A DNA stretch of 63,163 nt, filler included, from Sanchytrium tribonematis (GCA_018985235.1; 9 parts of 9 records of this genome joined end to end with filler, not necessarily neighbours in it); one strand, 5' to 3'. Positions 11,200 to 20,548 are shown, numbered from the whole stretch's first letter. Notes: generated by a model not told the origin, from the letters alone. A program made the numbers and translations.

Positions 11200-11898
11200 A
11201 TGACTTCCCTTTGGACAGCTTTCAATTACTTGCCGTTTTTTACTAGGTTTCTGTTAGGAAGTGCAATAGTTATACCATTACTCGGAAAGTTTTTAATCAA
11301 TCCATATCATATGGTTTTAATTTATGATAAAGTAAAGCGATTTGAACTATGGAGGCTTTATACATGTGTATTCTTTAGTGGTATTAGTTTCAATTGGTTA
11401 TTCATGTGCTTTTTTTTGTACCAGCAATCAATTTACCTCGAAAAGAAAATGAGGAAAGCAGAGTACTTCTTTTTTCTTGTATTTATTTGGATTAATTTAC
11501 TAGCAATCGCATATTTTCAACAAATGGGCACGTTGTTTGTACCATTGACAAGCGCATTGGTTTATTTATGGAGTAGGTTCAACTCAGAAGCAATTGTAAC
11601 ATTTTATTTTGGAATTCAATTTCCAGGCAAATATCTACCTTGGGTTTACGTTGCCATGGAATATCTTAATCCAATGCCACAGCCAATACCACCTCTTATA
11701 GGAATTTTGGTTAGTCACGGATATTATTATATAACCACAAACGAAATGATTGCAACACCAAAAATTTTCGATGATATTTACAACAAGTATCTATTACCTG
11801 TTGAGCCGACAGAAGGACCTCATGTCAGTGATGTCAATGCTGGAAGAGCACGCCAGGGACCGAGGCCTTTTGTAGGTAGGGGCCAAAGATTAGGATAA
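11200..11898 (+). CDS. DER1: Derlin (ERAD pseudo-rhomboid)
   Basis: ELWRLYT, YLWSRFN, YLPWV, GILVSHGYYY; C-terminal SHP box FVGRGQRLG. Confidence 0.9.
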   Translation: MTSLWTAFNYLPFFTRFLLGSAIVIPLLGKFLINPYHMVLIYDKVKRFELWRLYTCVFFSGISFNWLFMCFFLYQQSIYLEKKMRKAEYFFFLVFIWINLLAIAYFQQMGTLFVPLTSALVYLWSRFNSEAIVTFYFGIQFPGKYLPWVYVAMEYLNPMPQPIPPLIGILVSHGYYYITTNEMIATPKIFDDIYNKYLLPVEPTEGPHVSDVNAGRARQGPRPFVGRGQRLG

Positions 11899-11902
11899 TA
11901 AA

Positions 11903-12646
11903 TTAGATTTCTGCATACATACTTTTTAAAGGCTGAAAAAATATTAATTTGACCCGATTGAAGCTCTTTCTATCAAAATATTTAAATTTGAGATTTTGAC
12001 TCAACTTTTTAATTAAGTGTAGATTTGTTTTGATCTTTAATTTATCATAGTAAATTTGCACAGCATTGTAGTCTTCTAAGTGCATGCAAATAAGACTCAA
12101 AATACAAAGGTCTCCCTCTGTAAACTCAAGTAAATCAACATTCTTACAAATAGAAAGGACTATTCCCAACTCTGCTACCTGAATAAGAGCTTGAATACAA
12201 CTGGGAAGATCATTTTCAAAGTAATAAAAATACGACTGAAGTCTTTTTAGCCGCAATTCTTTAGCAATGACTAGCAAATATGGATCGTTCATTTTTTGAC
12301 ATTCTCGAAATAAATTAATGGTCAAGCCGATATCTTTCTTTTGAATCAAAAATTGCAATCTATTGATAATTACTTCACATTGAAATTTTATGTTGTTTTC
12401 TCGTGATAAAAAAACCAATGACTCCAAAATTTCTTTGCAAAGGCTATATTCCTTCAATCTGCATGCAGTTTTTGATAAATTCCATAAAACGGTCATTTTT
12501 TTCTCTCCAATTTGAATTGTCTTCGTCTTTTCAAATGCAGATTTTACGTCTTTCAATGATTTTGACGTATTTGGTAAGTTTGTAGGATGAAACGGGTTCA
12601 TATGGAGATGAATGGATAATGCCATGAAATATCCAAAAATGTCCAT
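11903..12646 (-). CDS. Hypothetical helical-repeat protein (start uncertain; GTG 12688 or ATG 12646)
   Basis: Long ORF ending 4 nt from the Derlin stop; no motif recognised. Confidence 0.5.
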   Translation of the reverse strand: MDIFGYFMALSIHLHMNPFHPTNLPNTSKSLKDVKSAFEKTKTIQIGEKKMTVLWNLSKTACRLKEYSLCKEILESLVFLSRENNIKFQCEVIINRLQFLIQKKDIGLTINLFRECQKMNDPYLLVIAKELRLKRLQSYFYYFENDLPSCIQALIQVAELGIVLSICKNVDLLEFTEGDLCILSLICMHLEDYNAVQIYYDKLKIKTNLHLIKKLSQNLKFKYFDRKSFNRVKLIFFQPLKSMYAEI

Positions 12647-12719
12647 CAATCTCTCATGCGAAGTCTGGACAATTGTTGTATTTTCCACCAGATTGAACGG
12701 GGTTAATTATTTTAAAAAA

Positions 12720-13367
12720 ATGGAAAACTCTCTACCTGCTTTGTGCAATTCCTCAGTGCATGATTTTATAATTTCTGAATGGGTCAAAATAGACTCAAAA
12801 CCTTTATTTACTACTCCAGATGTGAGAAAACTGGTTTGTAATATTTCATGTGCTGTTGAAAGCATGATAAATTTAAAACAAGAAATTCAAGGACCAAACT
12901 ATGCTATTGTAGGTGCTAGAGGTTGGCTAATGCAGAATATAAACATATTGCTCAATAGGTATTTCGAGCAAAAAAAATTAAAAGCACGTAGTTTCTACCG
13001 CGACATGTCTGTATCGGAAGAATTACCATTTGATACGATGCAAAAATGGTTGAACACGCAAGGTTCTACATTGGATTACAGTACCTATGATGACTGGTTT
13101 GCTTGGTTCAGAGCTGTACGAGAAGAGGGCTTCAGACTATTTTACTTTGTTGATGAAATTCATAATGTTTACGAGCTGACCGATAAGGAATTTAGCAAGA
13201 TAATCATAAAACAACTTTATGTAATTGGTAAATCGACGTGCTCATTAGGATTTATATCGAGTAGTTCTTACAAGTGGACCAAGTATGCATTCTCTGATAT
13301 TCCAGATTATCCAAATTTTATGAAGTTGCCGGTGCCGACCATAATGGATTGGATGGATTTATTGTAA
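12720..13367 (+). CDS. Degenerate P-loop NTPase-like protein (resembles Crinkler-type NTPase domains); possibly truncated
   Basis: YAIVGARG lacking GKT at the Walker A position; Walker B-like FYFVDEIHNVY; LGFISSSS. Confidence 0.4.
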   Translation: MENSLPALCNSSVHDFIISEWVKIDSKPLFTTPDVRKLVCNISCAVESMINLKQEIQGPNYAIVGARGWLMQNINILLNRYFEQKKLKARSFYRDMSVSEELPFDTMQKWLNTQGSTLDYSTYDDWFAWFRAVREEGFRLFYFVDEIHNVYELTDKEFSKIIIKQLYVIGKSTCSLGFISSSSYKWTKYAFSDIPDYPNFMKLPVPTIMDWMDLL

Positions 13368-13657
13368 GTACTAAAGATAAGATAATCGACATTAGGTGAA
13401 CACATCACGAAATTGACTTGGATTGGTGTGGCATTTCTATTTGGATTAGTCAAATCTACGATTTGATTGGCAAGTCATATCAGTCTAAGTTTATATTTTG
13501 CTTTAAAATAAAAATTTCAAACTAATCAACCTCGAAAGGACTTTTTTGAAGACTTCTTAATTATCATTTAGTGTCCCAAATGCAGTTAAAGTGATTTGGT
13601 ATTTAAACGTTTGCCATTTTTCACTTAATGAACGAAACTTAAATAATTTTTAAAACA

Positions 13658-14002
13658 ATGTCGACACGAATGCCTACTCTCTTTTTATCACACGGGCCAG
13701 GTCCGTTGTTTTTTGCCAAGGCTGCCAATTCCGATAATCCAATGATAAAAGCAGTCAACGAAAATGCCCCCATTACGAACTGGTACCGACAATTGGCTAA
13801 ACAGGTTGGACTTGAAGAAAACGGAAAGTATGGAAAGCCAAAAGCCATGGTAATTTTTAGTGCGCATTGGGAAACTCCAAATCATTTTTGGATTACCCAT
13901 AACCCTGATATCAAACTATTTTACGATTATTATGGATTCGATAAATACTTATATGAAATCAAATATCCTGCAAAAGGTGATCAGAAATTATCAGAGCGAA
14001 TT
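13658..14002 (+). CDS. LigB/DODA-type extradiol ring-cleavage dioxygenase (3' partial)
   Basis: MPTLFLSHGPGP, FSAHWET, LFYDYYGF..YEIKYPAKGD. Confidence 0.9.
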
Positions 14003-14107
14003 NNNNNNNNNNNNNNNNNNNNNNNNNNNNNNNNNNNNNNNNNNNNTTAATTAATTAANNNNNNNNNNNNNNNNNNNNNNNNNNNNNNNNNNNNNNNNNN
14101 NNTGACT

Positions 14108-14500
14108 TCATTTTAAACAGTCATGTGCAAAAATACCCCCAAATTTTACCCGTGAAATCAACATGAAAGATTTAACAATATACACACTATTTGTCACTAG
14201 TGGTATAAAAACACTTATTACTAATATGGGGCTTCTCAAAAGTTCAATATTTAACATGTAAAGGAGATTTAATGTAAAACTGAAGAATATGGCACTTAAT
14301 ATAGAGAATAATGAAGCAGATACGGCATGTAAATGATATGCAACTCGCTTCATTTTCAAATTGGAGTGATAAACAGCCACCAGCAAGAACAAATAAATTA
14401 GCATGAATAATGGAATATGGCTTAATGAACAATTTGATGCGCCAAATATGACAATGCTAAACCAGATCAACAGATATTCTCTGTTTTTAATGCCTTTCAT
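14108..14500 (-). CDS. Hypothetical multi-pass membrane protein
   Basis: 130-aa hydrophobic ORF, about 4 TM-like segments. Confidence 0.45.
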   Translation of the reverse strand: MKGIKNREYLLIWFSIVIFGASNCSLSHIPLFMLIYLFLLVAVYHSNLKMKRVAYHLHAVSASLFSILSAIFFSFTLNLLYMLNIELLRSPILVISVFIPLVTNSVYIVKSFMLISRVKFGGIFAHDCLK

Positions 14501-14564
14501 CTAGTAATAGTCCATTTTTGAATTAATAAACAAGACAGTTTAAAATCATTGGTTCAAATCTGAT

Positions 14565-14990
14565 TTATTTTTGGGCTTCTAAATCGCCGTATTCATCATC
14601 GCTATCCTCATTAGGAACCAATTGATGTCCATATGCCATGTCACTTCTATCTACGAATTCTTTCAGGTACTCTTTTAATAAAATATCAATAAAGAGTGAA
14701 AAATACATGAAAATCCCACAATATACGATTTTGTATAGACTGTGCATGATATCAAATACCGAGTAGCTTGTATGAATACACGATAATAATATAAGAGCAG
14801 CTTGTAAGTAACTAGCTGGTAAATGGACTCGAGGAGCCATGGTTTTGATTTCATCATTAGTAGTTAAAATGGCAATTATTTGAAATAGATTGAGTAATGT
14901 GCAGACGATTGCGAATGCACCTGGTAGCGAGACTATTGAAGAGATTAAACAGCCACCGAACCATAGCAGAAGACGTAATCTGAGATCCAT
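14565..14990 (-). CDS. Hypothetical multi-pass membrane protein with acidic tail
   Basis: 141 aa, about 4 TM-like segments; two CCAATC boxes at 15020-15025 and 15041-15046 just upstream. Confidence 0.6.
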   Translation of the reverse strand: MDLRLRLLLWFGGCLISSIVSLPGAFAIVCTLLNLFQIIAILTTNDEIKTMAPRVHLPASYLQAALILLSCIHTSYSVFDIMHSLYKIVYCGIFMYFSLFIDILLKEYLKEFVDRSDMAYGHQLVPNEDSDDEYGDLEAQK

Positions 14991-15149
14991 TGTTGGGGAA
15001 TTCTCCGAGTTTTGCTTTTGATTGGCAACATTTGAGCGTTGATTGGCAGGTTCTTCATTAATTTACCAGTTCAATGGCTTCAGATTTATCAATTTACAAT
15101 CTTTTATTTACCAGATCCGGTTCAGCAAAATCCTCTACAAATTAATGTG

Positions 15150-15728
15150 TCAGAGAATTTCATTTATTTTTATTCTTTCCAAATGATAATGTAGCACATG
15201 CACAGGTGCTTTTATTCTTGTCAGCAACAAATGATCCTTGTAGATATTAGGGGTGTATTCGTTCAATAACTTGATAATTGCGTGTATTCTCATCAATTTG
15301 AAGTATTTGCCATGATCCTCAATATAAATATACTGTCCATGTTCTTTAAATCGATACTCTTTGCAAATGATGCCTTTTTCGAAGAACAGGTTGATTTTAC
15401 TGGTCAAAATGGACTTTGAATCCAAATGAATGGGTATTTTCAACTCATTATCAATAATTAGCCATGGTAAATTAATTTCAAGTGTTTTGGCACTTGTTAT
15501 CAAATGAATCAAATGACCCTGTGCTTGTAAAGTGTTCAATCCCATTAATAATCTTTTAATGGAGATAATAGTGCCATGAAAGTAGTATTTCAAGTCATTA
15601 TAGATAAAATAAATGTAGAAATGATGTATTGGCTGAGTAAAATTGGATATTTCTAGTATAAATGGCTTCAATTTGGAATTGAATTTGATGAAAAGTTCTT
15701 GTTTCATGATGAATCTTCTAAATCCCAA
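15150..15728 (-). CDS. Hypothetical protein
   Basis: 192-codon ORF in AT-rich DNA; no motif; start uncertain. Confidence 0.35.
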   Translation of the reverse strand: MGFRRFIMKQELFIKFNSKLKPFILEISNFTQPIHHFYIYFIYNDLKYYFHGTIISIKRLLMGLNTLQAQGHLIHLITSAKTLEINLPWLIIDNELKIPIHLDSKSILTSKINLFFEKGIICKEYRFKEHGQYIYIEDHGKYFKLMRIHAIIKLLNEYTPNIYKDHLLLTRIKAPVHVLHYHLERIKINEIL

Positions 15729-16239
15729 GGCAATGAATAGATTAATAAATTAATCGCCAATAATTCATTATTACTATTACCCAATACTATGTGAGTACAT
15801 CTTCCTGAATGATTTACTCAAATGAACTCAGTACTGAGTGATTTCAATGATTCCAATCAAGCGACTTTTGTAAATTACAAATAGCACCAACCCATCTCAT
15901 GGTAAAAAATGAAGAAATTATTTGTTTATTCGTTGCAGGATGCATTAAATGACATTATTAGAGATACCCAGATGTTACATGTGTATCAAAAAGAGCAGGA
16001 TACATTTACAGATGATATTGCCAATTATTACATGTATTGACATGAAATCGAATAAATTATATCAAATTAATCCTTTGTGCAACTTGCCAGACCTCTGCAC
16101 GCGCAATTTTACGCCATTCGGGTTCAGAAAAAGTTGTTAAACACCAAGTTGTTTTTCAAAATTGGTTAAATGACACAGACAATTTCGGCCATTCACATCG
16201 TACCACTTTTAATTAAATGACAATCACCCTTCTAGACGC

Positions 16240-16389
16240 ATGTTGTTATCAAAAATGGACGTGGATGATATTTTAGAAGAATATGCGTCCCTTCAACTCA
16301 AACCAAAGACCAAACGAGTCAAAACTCCAATTATGGAACCATTGGATAAAATGATGGAAGATTTGATTGATTGCTACTACTTCAAATAA
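16240..16389 (+). CDS. Candidate microprotein (49 aa, or 44 aa from ATG 16255)
   Basis: MLLSKMDVDDILEEYASLQLKPKTKRVKTPIMEPLDKMMEDLIDCYYFK*; AATAAA overlaps the stop, as in bona fide genes here. Confidence 0.4.
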   Translation: MLLSKMDVDDILEEYASLQLKPKTKRVKTPIMEPLDKMMEDLIDCYYFK

Positions 16390-16428
16390 ATCAAAATTGA
16401 CATTTTCTCTCCTCGTTTTATTTCAAAA

Positions 16429-17310
16429 ATGCATCCATTTGGCGACAATGATTTCGTTAAAATGCAAGCACCCATGGTCAGATACTCCAAATTAGCATTC
16501 AGAGAACTCATTAGAGATTATAATGTAGATATTACCACCACCCCAATGATATTAGCCAAAGAATTCCATAGAAATCAAAAAGCAAGAGAAATGGAATTTT
16601 GTACTTCCAAATCAGACCATCCCCTCATCGTCCAATTTGCCAGTCAAAATGCCACTGATTTACGATTAGCCACCCAATTAATCATGAATTATTCAGTTGG
16701 CGTCGATTTAAATTGTGGATGTCCACAATCATGGGCCATCTCAGAAGGTATTGGTGCTTATTTAAGTGGTCAACCAGAATTGGTTGCAGATATGATCAAA
16801 CAATTACAAATGATTTGTCCTTCTACATACTCTAAAAGCATCAAAATCAGATTACACAACAATTTACAAATTACCACTGAATTAATGAAAAGAGCAGAAA
16901 TGATGGGTATTGATTTTATCACAGTCCATGGCCGTACTAGATCTGAAATGACCAAAGTCCCCGTCCGCATTCACGATATGAAAATTTTGAATGAAACCGT
17001 GCAAATCCCCGTTATTGCCAATGGAGATGTATTTTCCCTCCAAGATGCTCAAAATATGATCAAATCTACCCGTTGCAGAGGTGTATCCGTAGCACGTGGA
17101 TTATTAATGAATCCTGAATTATTTACAGGTGCCTCTCAAACCAGTTGGAATTGCATCTACAAATATTTAGATTTAGGTGTCTCGTATGGCACTCATCCAT
17201 TTATTATCTCACATCATTTGAGTTATATGATGGTATTCCGAGTATCATTGATTTTATTGAAGAAAAGAGTGAAGTGTGAATTTATTGAGGTTAATTTCTG
17301 TGTCTTTTAG
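16429..17310 (+). CDS. DUS4: tRNA dihydrouridine synthase Dus4-like; C-terminus apparently frameshifted near 17233
   Basis: QAPMVRYSKLAFR, PLIVQF, DLNCGCPQSWA..EGIGA, SIKIR, TVHGRT, ANGD, ARG. Confidence 0.88.
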   Translation: MHPFGDNDFVKMQAPMVRYSKLAFRELIRDYNVDITTTPMILAKEFHRNQKAREMEFCTSKSDHPLIVQFASQNATDLRLATQLIMNYSVGVDLNCGCPQSWAISEGIGAYLSGQPELVADMIKQLQMICPSTYSKSIKIRLHNNLQITTELMKRAEMMGIDFITVHGRTRSEMTKVPVRIHDMKILNETVQIPVIANGDVFSLQDAQNMIKSTRCRGVSVARGLLMNPELFTGASQTSWNCIYKYLDLGVSYGTHPFIISHHLSYMMVFRVSLILLKKRVKCEFIEVNFCVF

Positions 17311-17720
17311 GACGATGTTGTTTCAATTTGCAGCGTTTAAGTGCATCTCCCCAATAACCATGACACGGGTTAACCGGAATTCCCAAGTTACCACCGTGAC
17401 AATGTTCTTTGTTCTTATCCCAAGTGCCGCCTTCTCTTTCACAATTCTCTTTTGAATTTCCACAATCATGATTGCCAGTTAACATACAATGTGGAATGCA
17501 GTGATTGTCTTTCCATTGGCCTTGTTTTTTCTCACAACTTTCTCTTGTTGGTCGACCACCACCAATTGCAAAAATGCTGATGCTTAATAAAAACAACATG
17601 TACTATTTCGATATCTGCTTCAATTTAAACAAATACGCATGACTTGCATATAATGGCAATCACATCACATTCCAATCAGCAAAATTAAAGTTGATTTGCA
17701 AGGACTTGCTGCAAAATAAT
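17234..17720. repeat. Locally triplicated unit, copy 1 (DUS4 3' end + peptide gene + promoter); other copies ~18705-19170 and ~20329-20706
   Basis: TATTCCGAGTATCATTGATTTTATTGAAGAAAAGAGTGAA at 17234 and 18705; shared signal-peptide DNA; shared upstream TTTGCAAG[G/C]ACTTGCTGCAAAA. Copies 2 and 3 are near-identical over ~190 nt around and upstream of the ATG. Confidence 0.85.
17291..17599 (-). CDS. Secreted Cys-rich peptide, family copy 1 (102 aa, 8 Cys)
   Basis: Signal MLFLLSISIFA; paralogous to 18756-18986 and 20342-20548. Confidence 0.85.
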   Translation of the reverse strand: MLFLLSISIFAIGGGRPTRESCEKKQGQWKDNHCIPHCMLTGNHDCGNSKENCEREGGTWDKNKEHCHGGNLGIPVNPCHGYWGDALKRCKLKQHRPKRHRN

Positions 17721-17786
17721 TTAACAAATATTTTTAAGACGACGACATCCATCTATTAAACATTGTTTCATAATAAACTAGGCCAA

Positions 17787-18722
17787 ATGTTTCTAATTTC
17801 TCTTCTACTCGGCATCTCTCCAGATTGTCCAAATATTATCCAACTTGCTCAACAATTAAATATGCATTTAACAGCACCAACTAAATATAATCAACTTATT
17901 TCAGACTGCTGTTCTTCTGTAGATCTTGCGTGTAGTAATAATCGAGTTGTAACAATAGCATTCTCATTTATGAAATTAAATGGCACATTAAATGGTCAAT
18001 TAATACCTCCACTAGTCACAAATATCAATTTTGAAAGTAATCAACTTCGTGGTCCATTTCCTACTTTAAATCCAAGTATCACATACATCACTTTGGACAA
18101 TAACTATTTCAATGGAACAATTGGTTTTTTAAGTGACCAAATTATCAATTTTTCAGTCGGATTGAATAACTTTAAAGGGAATTTACCAAATATTCCCCAA
18201 TCTGCAAAATATTACTCGGTAAGAGACAACCAGTTCAATGGGACATTACAGTCACTCCCAGATGCATTGTACAGTATTGAATTGAAATTTAATATGATTT
18301 CTGGTAATCTTGCAAATGTATCAGCCTCCTTGCAATACTATTTAGTGAATCACAATTTATTTACTGGTACTATTCCAGATTTGAGTAAATTAGTGTATTT
18401 TTGGGGTGCTAATAACTACTTGAGTGGAAAAATGCCTTCAAATCATGCCCAATTATCACATTTAACATTAGAGAACAATGTGAATGTATTTGGATCTATT
18501 TATTTGAATGATCCCAGATATTTAACCATTTCAAATACTAAAATCAGTGATGTCGTAGTTGTAAATACAGGTGGTTTACAAAAATGCGATTTAAGTTTGA
18601 CTCCATTGTTAAATAATCCCAATATTCAGAACATCATTGGAATGTGCAACACAACAGGGATTTACAATGCATTTACTAGTTCGAGTTCGACATCAAGTGT
18701 AGAATATTCCGAGTATCATTGA
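17787..18722 (+). CDS. Secreted leucine-rich-repeat protein (plant-like LxxNxLxGxIP repeats, Cys caps); C-terminus cut at a duplication junction
   Basis: Signal peptide; N-cap DC..DCC..C; repeats such as FESNQLRGPFP, LDNNYFNGTI, VNHNLFTGTIP; C-cap CDLSLTPLLNNPNI..C; Ser-rich stalk start. Confidence 0.85.
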   Translation: MFLISLLLGISPDCPNIIQLAQQLNMHLTAPTKYNQLISDCCSSVDLACSNNRVVTIAFSFMKLNGTLNGQLIPPLVTNINFESNQLRGPFPTLNPSITYITLDNNYFNGTIGFLSDQIINFSVGLNNFKGNLPNIPQSAKYYSVRDNQFNGTLQSLPDALYSIELKFNMISGNLANVSASLQYYLVNHNLFTGTIPDLSKLVYFWGANNYLSGKMPSNHAQLSHLTLENNVNVFGSIYLNDPRYLTISNTKISDVVVVNTGGLQKCDLSLTPLLNNPNIQNIIGMCNTTGIYNAFTSSSSTSSVEYSEYH

Positions 18723-18755
18723 TTTTATTGAAGAAAAGAGTGAAATGTAAGTAAT

Positions 18756-18986
18756 TTATTGAGGTGGATTTCTGTGCCTTTTAGAGTTATATTCGCAGCC
18801 TTTTTTCGAAGACCATGTACCATCTCTTGCGTTGCAATTTTCTTTTGTATCTCCACAGTCTGCGGTCACACAGCGGGGTCGCGGCAAATTTTCAAGGCAT
18901 TGTTTGCGTGCTTTTCCCGTTTTACCTTCACACTTTTTCAACTGTTCTCCAACTGCAAAAATACTGATGCTTAATAAAAACAACAT
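18756..18986 (-). CDS. Secreted Cys-rich peptide, family copy 2 (76 aa, 6 Cys)
   Basis: Signal MLFLLSISIFA; shares DCG..KENC and KRHRN with copy 1. Confidence 0.85.
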   Translation of the reverse strand: MLFLLSISIFAVGEQLKKCEGKTGKARKQCLENLPRPRCVTADCGDTKENCNARDGTWSSKKGCEYNSKRHRNPPQ

Positions 18987-19330
18987 GTACGATGTGGTTC
19001 CATCTTGGTATTTATTTATTAATTAATAATGCAAGGCTTGCATCGACCAGTAATGCGCATCACATAATTTGCAAGCACTTGCTGCAAAACAGTTTGAAAT
19101 GGATTTTCAAATCAATATTTTTTGATCCGAATGTCCACAACTTTATTCTAAGGCGTGCTCTGTTATGTATTGTGAAATGGAAATGAACCCGTACAAAAAA
19201 AGATTTTCAATAAAATATTTCAATGAGTTGATTGGTTCAAAATATGCCATTTTAGAAGATTCTAATGTTTGATCCAGTAAATTGGCGACATTTCAATTTA
19301 TAAACCCTGGTGTCACTTTCTTGTTCACAA

Positions 19331-20263
19331 ATGTTGTTGGTATCATCGCTCTTTGCGTTGACGGATAGTGAGAATTTGAAACAATTTGCAATCCATTTAA
19401 ATATGCCACAAATTCAACCAGATTTGATGAAAGATGTCGATACCAAATGTTGTACAGAATATGTCAATGGAGTAACATGTGATTCGGGAATTATTACAAG
19501 TATAGAATGGTCATATTTGGGATTAAATGGCACCATTGATACAGCTTATTTACCTTCTCAATTGATTCATTTGAATCTAGAACAGAACCAATTAAACGGA
19601 ACTCTGCCACAGACAGGCTACCCGCTTACTTTGGAGAGTATCAATGTGGCCACCAACCAATTCAGTGGGAAAATACCTCGATTCCACAATGGATTGGTTA
19701 GCATGATACTCGACAATAATTACTTTACTAGTTTTGATACATTACCAGTCACTTTGACTCTCTTCTATGCAAATTTCAATCAATTAAATCAAAGTTTCCC
19801 AGCAAATTTGCCAAAGAATATAATTCAATTTTCAGCTCAAAGCAATCGACTAAATGGTACAATAAGCGATTTGCCTGCAACTTTGACTTCTCTAAATTTA
19901 GCATACAATTTTATGAGTGGTGTCATTCCAAATCTTCCTGCTGGTTTTTTGTATTTAGTGGTACATTACAATCAATTCATAGGATTGACATATCCACTTC
20001 CAGACTGACTTAAAAATATTGAAGACACTTCACAGATAACTGATTGTGAAATTTCTGATATGAAAATGCTGAATAACACAAATATTGTCTCATTATTTCC
20101 ATTTTGTAGACATGCGAATTTACATCAATTTGACAATTATCTTGCTTCTATTTCGAACACAATATTGAATGAAACCACTTCCACTAGAACAAATTTCATT
20201 GCAGCCACTAGAAATATAAAACGAACAACAGAAATGACAACACTTAAATCCATAAATCTATAA
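19331..20263 (+). pseudogene. Second LRR protein; in-frame TGA at 20006-20008 separates the repeats from the C-cap and Thr-rich stalk
   Basis: Signal peptide, LRRs (LEQNQLNGTLP, VATNQFSGKIP). The same frame continues after TGA as LKNIEDTSQITDCEISDMKMLNNTNIV..C, similar to the LRR1 C-cap. Confidence 0.65.
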
Positions 20264-20341
20264 AACCAAATCAAATTACAATAATTGATTTATCTCTTAT
20301 TAGAATTATCAGATTATTTATATCTGTATTTATTATGGGTG

Positions 20342-20548
20342 CTATTTCACAGCATTTGAGTAACAATATCCATTTGCCCATTTTCCCCCATTCTTTTCAC
20401 AATTTCTACAGCGATACAAAACATGAACTTTTAATCCTTGGCAAGGATTTTCTGGTTGATTTTCACTGGAACAGTCGTCATATTTCCAACATGGTTCTCG
20501 ATGACCACGGCCAAGTGCAAAAATACTGATGCTGAATAAAAACAACAT
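20342..20548 (-). CDS. Secreted Cys-rich peptide, family copy 3 (68 aa, 6 Cys)
   Basis: Signal MLFLFSISIFA; modules NPCQG..C and CEKNGGKW..C shared with copy 1. Confidence 0.85.
   Translation of the reverse strand: MLFLFSISIFALGRGHREPCWKYDDCSSENQPENPCQGLKVHVLYRCRNCEKNGGKWANGYCYSNAVK

Noticed and set aside
17242..17262. GTATCATTGATTTTATTGAAG as a 21-nt intron in the DUS4 tail
   Set aside because: Lacks the A at -6, does not change frame, and lies in the duplicated block that itself appears to be coding in another frame.
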